Of a stretch of 64,000 nt of DNA, positions 10,044 through 26,675 are shown one piece after another. How positions within the stretch are numbered: position 1 is the first letter of the stretch; every line of letters begins with the position of its first letter. The stretch spans positions 1-64,000 of the forward strand of contig JBPOGH010000019.1 in assembly GCA_051252135.1 (NCBI GenBank). Direction: 5' to 3'. The position numbers and the translations under genes are program-made. Below the pieces are notes generated by a model that was given only the letters and a program-made list of their open reading frames with translations, did not search any database and was not told the origin of the DNA. The stretch comes from Verrucomicrobiaceae bacterium. GTDB taxonomy: Bacteria > Verrucomicrobiota > Verrucomicrobiia > Verrucomicrobiales > Akkermansiaceae.

Positions 10044-10424
10044 CTACTTCATCTTTGAGAAATCCGTGGGAGTCAAATACTGGCTCTCCACCTTGTTGAC
10101 CAATTTGCCGTCAGCAATCGACGCCTTGTAAGCCGCGTGCCACTTCCCGTCATTCCGGAAGCCCGCCCAACTCGCCGTCGCCGCATCCATATCCTTGTGG
10201 GAAAGGAGGTAGACCAGCTTCTGCTCCTCACCCTCCTTCTTCGCCGTCAGCCAATACCCCACATTCGTCATCCCGTGGGACTCAAAGAGCGCCAACGTGT
10301 GATCGCGGAACCGCGCCTGCAAGGCCTCAAGCTTCCCCCGGTTCGGAGTATACGTCCGCAGTTCATAAACATCGGCCGCAGCCGAAAACGTCATCAAAGC
10401 AGTCAAAAGCATCAGTAATTTCAT
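10044..10424 (-). CDS. NIPSNAP family protein, secreted
   Basis: Start taken at MKLLMLL (10424); signal peptide, then VYELRTY...RFRDHT...HGMTNVGYW...LVYLLSH...LTPTDFS. Confidence 0.9.
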   Translation of the reverse strand: MKLLMLLTALMTFSAAADVYELRTYTPNRGKLEALQARFRDHTLALFESHGMTNVGYWLTAKKEGEEQKLVYLLSHKDMDAATASWAGFRNDGKWHAAYKASIADGKLVNKVESQYLTPTDFSKMK

Positions 10425-10542
10425 CTCCCCCACTCTGATCCTCCACCACTCCAACGCCAGAAAAATCTCCCCCCTCCACTTCCTCAAAAAGCACCATTGG
10501 CAGCCCCTCCAAGTTTCCCTAGTCTCCTCCCTCATCGACACC

Positions 10543-17107
<6,565 letters not shown>

Positions 17108-17159
17108 CCAACCCAAAAGAGCCGGGGCAAAATGCCCTTGGCGGCACCCCGCATCCTCC

Positions 17160-17633
17160 ATGAAAACCTTGATCATTCTCATCCTCGCCTCCTTCGCCGC
17201 CCTCCCCGCTTCCGCCGCAAGGGTCAACCTGAACAATCTCAACAAATACGAATGCGGCGAGGTTGCCACCGCTCTTGGAATCGATCTCGAAAAGCTCGTC
17301 GGGAACTGCCTCGCTCCCTCAAAATCTCCCTACGCCACCCAGCAGGACGCATGGTCCCTCCTCATCTGGTTTAGCACTCATGCCAACCTCGATGGAGCCG
17401 CCGGAGAATCATACTACCTCCTCACCCGGAATATCGCCGACCGCCTCAAGACGGATCCCGATACCATTCTCGCCTTCACCAAATCTCTCTCCAAAGAGGA
17501 TCTCGCCAACTTCCCCTTCACCCTCACCAAATTCATCGAGTTCAATAAAATGTCTCCCGTCGAACAAGACAAGCTCACCAAAGACGCCCCCATTCTCGTC
17601 AAAAGGCTCAAAGCCGAATACGAACGCCCGTAG
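17160..17633 (+). CDS. Hypothetical secreted protein
   Basis: Signal peptide MKTLIILILASFAALPASA; host-like codon usage. Confidence 0.7.
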   Translation: MKTLIILILASFAALPASAARVNLNNLNKYECGEVATALGIDLEKLVGNCLAPSKSPYATQQDAWSLLIWFSTHANLDGAAGESYYLLTRNIADRLKTDPDTILAFTKSLSKEDLANFPFTLTKFIEFNKMSPVEQDKLTKDAPILVKRLKAEYERP

Positions 17634-17651
17634 TTTCAACTCCCACTTCCC

Positions 17652-18308
17652 ATGCCCTCCCTCCGTCTCTCCATCCCCCTCTCCCTCCTTCTCCTCGTCC
17701 CCCTAACCCTCCTCGCCGACCCCGCCAAGTGGGAAAAAAACATCGCCCAATTCGAAGCCTCCGACGCCAAATCACCCCCACCCCAAAACGCCCACCTCTT
17801 CATCGGCTCCTCCTCCGTTCGGCTCTGGGACCTCAAAACATCCTTCCCCGACCACGAAACGATCAACCGCGGCTTTGGCGGCTCGGAACTCGAGGACTCC
17901 CTCCACTTCGCCCACCGCATTGCCATCCCCTACCGGCCCAAAACCATCTTCCTCTACGCGGGCGATAACGACATCAACAAAGGCAAGTCAGCCGAAGTCG
18001 TCATCAATGACTTCCGCAAGTTCGTCAAAAAAATCCACGCCGCCCTCCCCAAGACCGACATCGTCTTCCTCCCCATCAAACCCAGCACCTCCCGCTGGAA
18101 ACTCTGGCCCGAGATGAACAAGGCCAACCTCGCCATCGAAAAAATCACCCAGGGTAACAAACGCCTCCACTACCTCGACACCCCCGCCGCCATGCTCAAA
18201 ACCGGCCAACCACCCGCTGCCGACCTCTTCCAAAACGACGGCCTCCACCTCTCCCCAAAAGGCTACACCCTCTGGAACCAACTCGTCACCGACTGGCTCA
18301 ACCGCTAG
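17652..18308 (+). CDS. SGNH/GDSL hydrolase
   Basis: FIGSSS, NRGFGGS, YAGDND and DGLH blocks. Confidence 0.92.
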   Translation: MPSLRLSIPLSLLLLVPLTLLADPAKWEKNIAQFEASDAKSPPPQNAHLFIGSSSVRLWDLKTSFPDHETINRGFGGSELEDSLHFAHRIAIPYRPKTIFLYAGDNDINKGKSAEVVINDFRKFVKKIHAALPKTDIVFLPIKPSTSRWKLWPEMNKANLAIEKITQGNKRLHYLDTPAAMLKTGQPPAADLFQNDGLHLSPKGYTLWNQLVTDWLNR

Positions 18309-18826
18309 CCCTCCTCACTCCTCCGCGCCATCAACCAAAGCGCATCCGACAAGCGGTTCAAAAAAATCCGCACTTCCCCCGAGCACACCTTCTCGCTCAC
18401 CTTCCACGTCCCCCGCTCCGCTCGACGCGCCACCGTCCGCGCCACATGCAGCCGCGCCGCCAGCTCGCCTCCCGATTCCCCCGGCCGCAACCACCCCTTA
18501 AATTTCCGATCCCCCTCAATTCCCTCGCTCAGCGACTCCACCCACCCGATTTCCTCTTCCCCGATCCTCCCAAAGCCCGCCTTCTCGTATTCTTCATCCT
18601 TCCCCTCCGGCATCGCCAGCTCCCCCATCAAGGTCACGAGCCACTTCTGAATCTGGTCAATCGCCTCCGCCGCCTCCCCTTCCATCACCACCCGCGCCAA
18701 CCCCAGCACCGCATTCAGTTCATCAACCTCCCCCAGCGCTTCCACCTGCGGGTCGGTCTTCCCGGCCTTCCCGCCAAATAAAAGATCCGTCTGCCCCAAA
18801 TCACCGCGCTTCGTCGTAATGCTCAT
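18305..18826 (-). CDS. Cob(I)alamin adenosyltransferase (PduO type)
   Basis: Start at MSITTKRGD.GQT.L; G.VDELNA.LG, LHVARTVARRAER, FLNRLSD.L...AR. Confidence 0.92.
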   Translation of the reverse strand: MSITTKRGDLGQTDLLFGGKAGKTDPQVEALGEVDELNAVLGLARVVMEGEAAEAIDQIQKWLVTLMGELAMPEGKDEEYEKAGFGRIGEEEIGWVESLSEGIEGDRKFKGWLRPGESGGELAARLHVARTVARRAERGTWKVSEKVCSGEVRIFLNRLSDALWLMARRSEEG

Positions 18827-18880
18827 CTCACTCAAACTTTCTCCTTTCCCTGCCCCCTTTCCAGCCCGAAACTCTGGGAA

Positions 18881-19765
18881 ATGAACCGACGTCACTTCAT
18901 CCACGCCGCCTCCGCCTCTTTCGCCGCTTCCGCTCTCGCCGATCACCACAAGGAAGCCAAAGGAATCCCCTTCAAGATCTCCCTCGCCCAATGGTCCAAT
19001 CACCGCGCCCTCAAAGGCGGCAAGTTGACCAACATGGAATGGCCCGCCTTCACCAAGGAAAACTTCGGCATCCTCGGACTCGAATACGTCAATCAGTTCT
19101 TCAAGGACAAAGCCAAGGACAAGGAATACCTCGGCGAACTCAAAAAACGCGTCGCCGACCTCGGCATGACCAACGTCCTCATCATGATCGATGGCGAAGG
19201 CCACCTCGGAGCCGCCTCCGATGCCAAACGCCAAAAGACCGTCGACAATCACAAGAAGTGGATCGAGGCCGCCGCCTTCCTCGGCTGCCACTCCATCCGC
19301 GTGAACTCCCATGGCGAAGGCGCCACCGATGAGGAAAAAGCCGCCAACTGCGTTAAAGGCCTCACCGCCCTGACCACCTTCGGCCAAGACCACCACGTAA
19401 AAGTCATCGTCGAAAACCACGGAGGCCTCTCCTCCAACGGCAAATGGATGGCCGGTGTCCTCGGAGCCGTCGGCCTCGACGAGTGCGGCTCTCTCCCCGA
19501 CTTCGGAAACTTCCACGGCTACGACCGCTACCAGGGCCTCGCCGAGCTCATGCCCTTCGCCAAGGGCGTCTCCGCCAAGTCCCACGAATTCGACGAAAAC
19601 GGCGAGGAAACCAAAACCGACTTCCGCAAAGCCATGAAAATCGTCCTCGAGCACAACTACCACGGCTGGGTCGGCGTCGAATACGAAGGCAAAAAGCACT
19701 CCGAGATCGACGGCATCAAGCTCACCAAGGCCCTCCTCGAAAAAATCCAAAAGGAAATGGCCTAA
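18881..19765 (+). CDS. Sugar phosphate isomerase/epimerase (xylose isomerase-like TIM barrel), Tat-exported
   Basis: MNRRHFI Tat signal; KISLAQWS, VENHGG, LPDFGNF, VSAKS, GVEYEG. Confidence 0.88.
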   Translation: MNRRHFIHAASASFAASALADHHKEAKGIPFKISLAQWSNHRALKGGKLTNMEWPAFTKENFGILGLEYVNQFFKDKAKDKEYLGELKKRVADLGMTNVLIMIDGEGHLGAASDAKRQKTVDNHKKWIEAAAFLGCHSIRVNSHGEGATDEEKAANCVKGLTALTTFGQDHHVKVIVENHGGLSSNGKWMAGVLGAVGLDECGSLPDFGNFHGYDRYQGLAELMPFAKGVSAKSHEFDENGEETKTDFRKAMKIVLEHNYHGWVGVEYEGKKHSEIDGIKLTKALLEKIQKEMA

Positions 19766-19769
19766 CAAA

Positions 19770-19889
19770 GGAGCCGGGGCATCCTGCCCCGCCCTTCTCC
19801 CCTGTAGCGTCGGTCTATGACCGTCGCTTTTTTCATCCCCTCAACCCACCCAAAAGGCAGGGACCTTTCTCCGAAAGGTCCGGCTGCTT
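19770..19889 (+). repeat. Cluster of REP-like palindromes (family A, a GTAG-type unit, family B)
   Basis: ggagccggggcatcctgccccg; gtagcgtcggtctatgaccgtcg; ggcagggacctttctccgaaaggtccggctgctt. Confidence 0.8.
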
Positions 19890-20161
19890 CCACTCCGCCC
19901 CACCAAAAAACCTTCTCCCTCCTAACACTTCACTCCCCCCAAGGGCCAACGGCCTGGTATTCCTCCCGGAAAATTCACGGGCAAACCCGGCACCCCGCGC
20001 CACCTTTCCTGTCACTCGCAGCCCAATGCTCAACCACCCCGCACCAATATTCGTTCAAATTTCATCTTTCTTGCTCAAATCTCAAATTTCATCTCCCTCC
20101 CCTTCACACTTGCCCTCTTCCCCCGTCCTTCTAGGCTACCGCACCTGCCAACCCCGCTCCT

Positions 20162-23100
20162 ATGCACCGCCTTTTCGTCGAAAAAACACCCGAGTTCGCC
20201 AGCGAGTCCCAACACCTCATCGCTGACCTCCGCGCGAACCTCAACCTCGAGTCCATCTCTTCGGCTCGCATCGTCCAGCGGTATGACCTCGACGACCTCA
20301 CCGACGAAGAATTCGCCCAAGCCTCAAAGCTCATCCTTTCCGAGCCTCAGGTCGAGACCGCATCTTCCGATCTCACTCTCGAAAAAGGCGACCACTCCTT
20401 CGCCATCGAATACCTTCCCGGCCAGTTCGACCAACGCGCCGACTCCGCCGCCCAATGCGTCCAAATCCTCACCGGAAAAGACCGCCCCTTCGTCGCCTCC
20501 GCACGCGTCATCATCCTCAAGGGCGACATCTCCAAAAAGGACCTCAAGCGCATCAAGGAATACCTCATCAACCCCGTCGATTCCCACGAGGTCCCGGTTC
20601 TCGATCCCGCCTCGCGCCAAACTTCGCCCACCCCTGAAAAGGTCGCCGTCCTCCACGGCTTCAACGACCGGCCCGCCGACCAACTCGCCGATTTCCGCTC
20701 CGAGCTCGGCCTCGCCATGTCCACCGCCGACCTCGCCCACACCCAGGCCTACTTCACCGGCGAGGGCCGCGAGCCCACCATCACCGAGCTCCGCATGCTC
20801 GACACCTACTGGTCCGATCACTGCCGTCACACCACCTTCATGTCGGCCATCGACTCCGTCACCTTCGATCCCGGCACCGAGATCATCGAGGAGACCTACC
20901 GCAAATATCTCCACGTCCGCAAGGATGTCTACGGCCCCGATACCGAGCGCCCGGTCACGCTCATGGACATCGCCCTCATGGGCATGAAAGACCTCCGCAA
21001 GTCAGGCGAGCTCGACAACCTCGAAGTCTCCAACGAGATCAACGCCGCCTCCATCGTCGTCCAAGTCCCCATCACAAGCCCCTCAACCGAGTCTGCAAAC
21101 TGTGAACTGAATACGGTGAACTCAGCCACGACGGAGGAGTGGTTGATCCAGTTTAAGAACGAAACGCACAACCACCCTACCGAGATCGAACCCTTCGGTG
21201 GAGCCGCCACCTGCCTCGGCGGCTGCATCCGCGACCCCCTTTCCGGCCGCTCCTACGTCTATCAGGCCATGCGCGTCTCCGGTGCCGCCGACCCACGCAC
21301 CCCCTATGCCGACACCATCCCCGGCAAACTCCCCCAGCGAAAAATCTGTCAGGAAGCCGCCCACGGCTACTCTTCTTACGGAAACCAAATCGGCCTCGCC
21401 ACCGGCAAGGTCTCCGAGATCTACCACCCAAACTACGCCGCCAAGCGCATGGAAATCGGAGCCGTCGTCTCAGGCTCCCCCCGTAAAAACGTCTTCCGCG
21501 GCGGACCTTCCACCGGCGACTTCATCCTCGTCATCGGCGGCCGCACCGGACGCGATGGCGTCGGCGGAGCCACCGGCTCCTCCAAGGAGCACACCGACAC
21601 CGCCCTCGACAACTCCGCCGAAGTCCAAAAAGGCGACGCCCCCACCGAGCGCAAAATCCAACGCCTCTTCCGCAACCCGGAACTCGCTCCCAAAATTAAA
21701 ATCTGTAACGACTTCGGAGCCGGCGGAGTCTCCGTCGCCATCGGTGAAATCGCCGACAGCCTCACGCTCAACCTCGACGCCCTCCCCAAGAAATACGAGG
21801 GCCTCGATGGCACCGAGCTCGCCATCTCCGAGTCCCAGGAACGCATGGCCATCTGCGTCGACCCCAGCGAGGTCGACTACTTCATCGCCGAGTCCGATAA
21901 GGAAAACCTCGAGTGCGTCCACGTCGCCACCGTCACCGATACCGGCCGCCTCGTCATGACCTGGCGCGGCGATACCATCGTCGACCTCTCCCGTGAATTC
22001 CTCGAGACCAACGGCGTCCAGCAGTCCGCACAAGTGGCCGTCTCCGCCCCCGGCGATGACTGCCCGCTCAAACACGCCATCCCCGCCGTCGCCGCTCAAG
22101 ACGACCTCGAGGAAAAATTCCACGCCGCTCTCTCCGATCTCAATTCAGCCTCACAAAAAGGCCTCGGCGAACGCTTCGACTCCTCGGTCGGCGCCGGCAC
22201 CGTCCTCTCTCCCTTCGGCGGTCAGCACCAACGCACCCCTGTCGATGCCATGGTCGCCACCCTGCCCTTCCTCGAAGGACACAGCACCACCACCACTCAC
22301 ATGTCCTGGGGATTCAATCCCTACCTCGCCAGCTGGAGCCCCTACCACGGCGCCCTCTACGCCGTCACCGAGTCCGCCTGCCGTATCGTCGCCTCCGGCG
22401 CACGCCTCCCCGACATCCGACTCACTCTTCAGGAATACTTCCCCAAGCTCGGCGGCGATCCCAAACGCTGGGGCCTCCCCTTCTCCGCTCTCCTCGGTGC
22501 CTTCCGCGCCCAAAACGAGCTCCGCCTCGCCGCCATCGGCGGAAAAGACTCCATGTCCGGCTCGTTCAATGACATGGACGTCCCGCCCACTCTCGTCTCC
22601 TTCGCCCTCGCCCCCGGAAGTACGAACTCTGTCGTATCTCCCGAGTTCAAGAAGACCGGCTCCACCGTTTCTCTCATCAAGATTCCGCGCGACGCCGACC
22701 TCATCCCCGACTTCGCTTACCTCAAGGACATTGCCGACCGCCTCCACGCCGAAGTGCAAAAAGGCACCATCAACGCCCTTCACAGCCTCGATCACGGAGG
22801 CATTGCCACCGGACTCGCCAAGATGGCCTTCGGAAATGGCATCGGCTTCCACGCCACCGCCAGCATCGACCTCTTCACCGAGCGCTTCATCTCCTTCCTC
22901 GTCGAATCCGATGAACCTCTCCCCGATTCCCTCGGAGCCAAAGTCATTGGAAAAACCCAGGAAGAACCACAGTTCGACTTCGGCGAAGTCACCCTCTCCC
23001 TCGAAGACCTCCTCGAGTCCTGGGTCACCCCACTCGACGACGTCTTCCCCGAATCCGCCGACCCCGCCCACACCGAGATCGAAACCTTCTCTTCAACCTT

Positions 23101-23959
23101 CAATGTTGGACGTTCAACCTTGGACGTTCCAAAACCGAAGGTATTGATCCCCGCCTTCCCCGGAACCAATTCGGAATACGACACCGCCAAAGCCTTCGAT
23201 CTCGCCGGTGCCACCACCGAGATCCCCGTCTTCCGGAACCTCACCCCGCAGGCCGTCGAGGAATCACTCACCGCTCTCGCGGAAAAGATTTCCCAATCAC
23301 AAATCCTCGTCATCCCCGGAGGCTTCTCCGCCGGTGACGAACCCGCCGGTTCCGGTAAGTTCATCGCCACCATCCTGCGCAGCCCCCGCGTCGCCGATGC
23401 CGTCATGGACCTCCTCAAAAACCGCGACGGACTCATCCTCGGCATTTGCAATGGCTTCCAGGCCCTCGTCAAAACCGGCCTCGTCCCCTACGGCGAAATC
23501 CGTGGCCGTGCGGACGACCTGGAGGGAGTGCAAGCTCCGAAAGCAGGTCAGCCGACCCTCACCTACAACGACATCGGCCGCCACATCGCCTGCTACGCCA
23601 CCACCCGCATCGCCTCAACCCTCTCCCCTTGGCTCTCCGGCTGCGAGGTCGGCGACCTCCACAACATCCCCTTCTCCCACGGCGAAGGAAAATTCTGGGC
23701 CTCCGAAGAAGACATCCGCGCCCTTGCCGAATCCGGCCAGATCGCCACTCAATACACCACTCACGATGGCGAACCCACCATGGACCCCGCCTTCAACCCC
23801 AACGGCTCCCTCTACGCCATCGAAGGCATCACCAGCCCCTGCGGCCGCGTCCTCGGTAAAATGGGCCACACCGAACGCCGAGGCCCCGCCGTCGGTCAAA
23901 ACATCCCCGGCAACAAACACCAGCCCCTCTTCAAGGCCGGCGTCAACTACTTCGCCTAA
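20162..23959 (+). CDS. purL: Phosphoribosylformylglycinamidine synthase (large, fused form)
   Basis: YWSDHCRH, KNETHNHPTEIEPFGGAATC, DFGAGG, SESQERM, IGGKDSMS; C-terminal GATase with PGGFS.GD, GICNGFQ, SHGEG, GKMGH.ER. Confidence 0.97.
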   Translation: MHRLFVEKTPEFASESQHLIADLRANLNLESISSARIVQRYDLDDLTDEEFAQASKLILSEPQVETASSDLTLEKGDHSFAIEYLPGQFDQRADSAAQCVQILTGKDRPFVASARVIILKGDISKKDLKRIKEYLINPVDSHEVPVLDPASRQTSPTPEKVAVLHGFNDRPADQLADFRSELGLAMSTADLAHTQAYFTGEGREPTITELRMLDTYWSDHCRHTTFMSAIDSVTFDPGTEIIEETYRKYLHVRKDVYGPDTERPVTLMDIALMGMKDLRKSGELDNLEVSNEINAASIVVQVPITSPSTESANCELNTVNSATTEEWLIQFKNETHNHPTEIEPFGGAATCLGGCIRDPLSGRSYVYQAMRVSGAADPRTPYADTIPGKLPQRKICQEAAHGYSSYGNQIGLATGKVSEIYHPNYAAKRMEIGAVVSGSPRKNVFRGGPSTGDFILVIGGRTGRDGVGGATGSSKEHTDTALDNSAEVQKGDAPTERKIQRLFRNPELAPKIKICNDFGAGGVSVAIGEIADSLTLNLDALPKKYEGLDGTELAISESQERMAICVDPSEVDYFIAESDKENLECVHVATVTDTGRLVMTWRGDTIVDLSREFLETNGVQQSAQVAVSAPGDDCPLKHAIPAVAAQDDLEEKFHAALSDLNSASQKGLGERFDSSVGAGTVLSPFGGQHQRTPVDAMVATLPFLEGHSTTTTHMSWGFNPYLASWSPYHGALYAVTESACRIVASGARLPDIRLTLQEYFPKLGGDPKRWGLPFSALLGAFRAQNELRLAAIGGKDSMSGSFNDMDVPPTLVSFALAPGSTNSVVSPEFKKTGSTVSLIKIPRDADLIPDFAYLKDIADRLHAEVQKGTINALHSLDHGGIATGLAKMAFGNGIGFHATASIDLFTERFISFLVESDEPLPDSLGAKVIGKTQEEPQFDFGEVTLSLEDLLESWVTPLDDVFPESADPAHTEIETFSSTFNVGRSTLDVPKPKVLIPAFPGTNSEYDTAKAFDLAGATTEIPVFRNLTPQAVEESLTALAEKISQSQILVIPGGFSAGDEPAGSGKFIATILRSPRVADAVMDLLKNRDGLILGICNGFQALVKTGLVPYGEIRGRADDLEGVQAPKAGQPTLTYNDIGRHIACYATTRIASTLSPWLSGCEVGDLHNIPFSHGEGKFWASEEDIRALAESGQIATQYTTHDGEPTMDPAFNPNGSLYAIEGITSPCGRVLGKMGHTERRGPAVGQNIPGNKHQPLFKAGVNYFA

Positions 23960-23964
23960 TCACA

Positions 23965-24130
23965 GGAGCCGGGGCGTCCAGCCCCGCCCTCATAGGCAGG
24001 GACCTTTTTCCAAAAGGTCCGGCTGCTTGCTCGTCGCCCCACCCATAAAAAATCCCAAGCTCAAAAAAGCCCTCCAACAACCAAGCCCAACGGGCCATCC
24101 CAACGCAGCCCCAGGCAACGCCTGGGGTTT
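23965..24130 (+). repeat. REP-like palindrome cluster after purL
   Basis: Family A at 23965, family B at 23995 (ggacctttttccaaaaggtcc), ccccaggcaacgcctgggg hairpin at about 24109. Confidence 0.75.
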
Positions 24131-24265
24131 CTTGTCTTAAATATCAACCGGCCAAGCCCAACAGCTCCGCTTCACTTCCACCAACTCGCAGGACCACACC
24201 GCTGACTCCGCACCCCCAATGCATCTTGCCGCGCCCTCATTGTTCCACTACCTTAAAACGAAGTC

Positions 24266-24730
24266 ATGAGCGGAAATAAAAAGAAGATTCTCCTGTTTGT
24301 GACTTCAGCCCTCCTAATCACCGTCAGCTGGATCTTCTTTAAAGCATTCATCAAATTCTCTATCGAAGACAACATCCACAAAACCTACGCACCAGTCGTT
24401 GCCGCTCTCGATGACTACACCGATCTAAATAAAAAAGCCCCGGAATCACTTTCAGACCTCGTCCCTGCTTTCTTACCAAAGATCCCCACCTCGGAAAACG
24501 TATCTCATGTAGGCTTCCTCAAATCTGAAAATGGCGCAGGATGGAGACTCTTGCTACTGAGCAACAAAACAGGCCAAACCCGAGTCTACTTTGCTCACCA
24601 CAAAACCCCTCCCTCTCCAGCCGAGAAAGAAGCAATCGCTCTCACCTACCACAACCTCTGGATCGTCCTCGAAGGAACCCAAGCCGAATCTCTCGCCACC
24701 TCAATTAAAGGTGGCCATTCTGCCCCCTGA
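24266..24730 (+). CDS. Hypothetical membrane-anchored protein
   Basis: N-terminal TM helix; ALDDY.....APESLSDLVPAFLPKIP resembles pilin/GspG-like segments; lower GC than flanks. Confidence 0.6.
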   Translation: MSGNKKKILLFVTSALLITVSWIFFKAFIKFSIEDNIHKTYAPVVAALDDYTDLNKKAPESLSDLVPAFLPKIPTSENVSHVGFLKSENGAGWRLLLLSNKTGQTRVYFAHHKTPPSPAEKEAIALTYHNLWIVLEGTQAESLATSIKGGHSAP

Positions 24731-24748
24731 GCTTCGCCCACCAAAAAA

Positions 24749-25189
24749 TCAGGAGTCTTTCGGGGAACCTCGATCAGCGAGCTGTTCAAGAAATACCCGC
24801 GCCTCTTCTTTACAGTCCTTGCGCAGACGGCCCGACCCCACAATCTCATTCAACACCGGAACCGCCCGTCGATCTCCGATCTTCCCCAAATAGAGCGCGG
24901 CATTGATCCGGATATAAAACTCCTCGCTCTTAAGATCCTCGACCGCAACCCCGCTCCACTCCGGCTCCCCCGTCTCTTGCAAAACGTAATACGCCCGGGT
25001 CTTGTCTTCGAGAACAGAAGACTCCAACCAGTCTGAGATCTGCTCCCTCATCACCGTCTCCGGTTCCTTGACTGCTTGGATGTCGCTTTGGATCTCTGAG
25101 TCATGATCCGCCTGTGTTCCCCAAAGATACACCAAACTAGGAATCCCGAGGCCAAGCAGAATCGCCACACTCAAAAACGCTTTCATCAC
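24749..25189 (-). CDS. HEAT-repeat-containing protein
   Basis: N-terminal TM/signal; LKSEEFYIRINAALYLGKIGDRRAVPVL PBS/HEAT-like repeat. Confidence 0.7.
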   Translation of the reverse strand: MMKAFLSVAILLGLGIPSLVYLWGTQADHDSEIQSDIQAVKEPETVMREQISDWLESSVLEDKTRAYYVLQETGEPEWSGVAVEDLKSEEFYIRINAALYLGKIGDRRAVPVLNEIVGSGRLRKDCKEEARVFLEQLADRGSPKDS

Positions 25190-25318
25190 CTCCTACCCTA
25201 TCGAACCCTTCATCCTGGTGCCAGTGCATACCGCAACTCAATGACCCCCTCAATAATTGGAGTTAGATTTCCGCCTTCTCGGAAGTAACCTCACGTGGGG
25301 ATACGCTCCCGCTGCCCC

Positions 25319-26620
25319 ATGAAATCCCTCTTCCACCTCGCGATCGCCTTCACCGGCATTTACGTTGCCAGCGCCCAACACCCCCACTCCGATCCTCAAA
25401 ACACCGGCAACTGGACCCTCAACCCCGCCGTCAGCGACGAGTTCAACGCCCCCACCCTCGACACCAACAAATGGTGGGTCCAGGGCGCCAACGATCATTA
25501 CGAAAACCGCTGGAAAGGCCGCGCCCCCTCCCAGTTCGCACCGGGAAACATCGCCCTCAAGGACGGCCACCTCGTCATCACCTCCCGCTGGGACGAAACC
25601 TTCACATTCTCCGACTCCACCGACAACGGCACCCCTTACGGAAAAGACAAAACCGGCCGCCCCGTCACCGTCACCACCGGAGCCGTCATCAGCAAAGCCC
25701 ACTTCCTCCACGGCTACATGGAGACCCGCGCCCGCGCCGCCGCCGGCCCCGTCTCCAGCTCCTTCTGGACCACCGGCAAGGGCGGCGAGCTCGATGTCTT
25801 CGAGCACTACGGCAGCAACCCCGGCAACAAGCTCGCCGGCAAACGCTACCATTCCTCGTTCCACGACTGGCGCGTCCCCGTCACCAGCCCCACCTACGGC
25901 AAGCGCATCTGGACCAACGAACACTACCTCCCCTTCAACGTCGCCGATGATTTCCACATCTACGGACTCGAGTGGCACCCCGACTACCTCCGCATCTTCA
26001 TCGATGGCAAACTCATCCGCCACGTCACCCGCGAGGAAATCGGCGATGCCTGGGTCGTCACCAACGAGCAAAAAGTCTGGCTCGACTCCGAGCTCTTCCC
26101 CTGGGAACTCGCCCCTGAAAAAACCACCAAAGCACACTTCCCCGCCGAGGGCTTCCGCTTCCAGATCGACTACGTCCGCATCTGGCAGAACGACAAAAAA
26201 GCCGCCCCTCACAGCCCCCAACCCAACCTCGTAAAAAGCCCCGACCTCAAAGGAGACCTCTCCCCCTGGGTCGCCACCGGAAGCGGCGCCATCACCCCCG
26301 ATGGCATCGGAAACATCGGCCCTCAAAAAGGCGCCATCGAACAACAAGTCAGCCTCGAGCCCAACTCCACCTACATCCTCTCCGCCTCCATGCGGTGCCC
26401 CGGAACCAATCTCAAAAACATCTACCACGACGCCTGGTTCGGCATCAAAAACCACGGCGGAGACTTCACCAGCATCCGCGTCTTCAGTCCCGACTGGCAC
26501 CGCAAAAGCATCCAGTTCCAAACCGGCCCCACCAACGACAAAGCCGTCCTCTTCTTCACCAACCAATGGTCGGACGAAGCCGCACAAATCAGCTCCGTCG
26601 AAATCATCAAGGTTCCCTAA
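25319..26620 (+). CDS. GH16 glycoside hydrolase (porphyranase/agarase-like) with C-terminal CBM-like domain
   Basis: Signal peptide; W.LNPAVSDEFN, WKGRAPSQF, GYME.R, catalytic ELDVFE (ExDxxE), FHIYGLEW, IDYVRIWQ; C-terminal NLVK...LEPNSTY module. Confidence 0.85.
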   Translation: MKSLFHLAIAFTGIYVASAQHPHSDPQNTGNWTLNPAVSDEFNAPTLDTNKWWVQGANDHYENRWKGRAPSQFAPGNIALKDGHLVITSRWDETFTFSDSTDNGTPYGKDKTGRPVTVTTGAVISKAHFLHGYMETRARAAAGPVSSSFWTTGKGGELDVFEHYGSNPGNKLAGKRYHSSFHDWRVPVTSPTYGKRIWTNEHYLPFNVADDFHIYGLEWHPDYLRIFIDGKLIRHVTREEIGDAWVVTNEQKVWLDSELFPWELAPEKTTKAHFPAEGFRFQIDYVRIWQNDKKAAPHSPQPNLVKSPDLKGDLSPWVATGSGAITPDGIGNIGPQKGAIEQQVSLEPNSTYILSASMRCPGTNLKNIYHDAWFGIKNHGGDFTSIRVFSPDWHRKSIQFQTGPTNDKAVLFFTNQWSDEAAQISSVEIIKVP

Positions 26621-26675
26621 CCTCAGTTCGTCATCTTAATTTGACGCGCCCCCCTCGGATCATCATGCTGATAAC

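Noticed and set aside
18827..19768. 487-aa fusion ORF ending in PduO
   Set aside because: The upstream part is the antisense shadow of the TIM-barrel gene. The PduO motif starts at 18826.
24266..25189. Toxin-antitoxin pair or mobile island
   Set aside because: Two convergent small genes with somewhat lower GC, but no toxin, integrase or transposase motifs and no flanking direct repeats seen.
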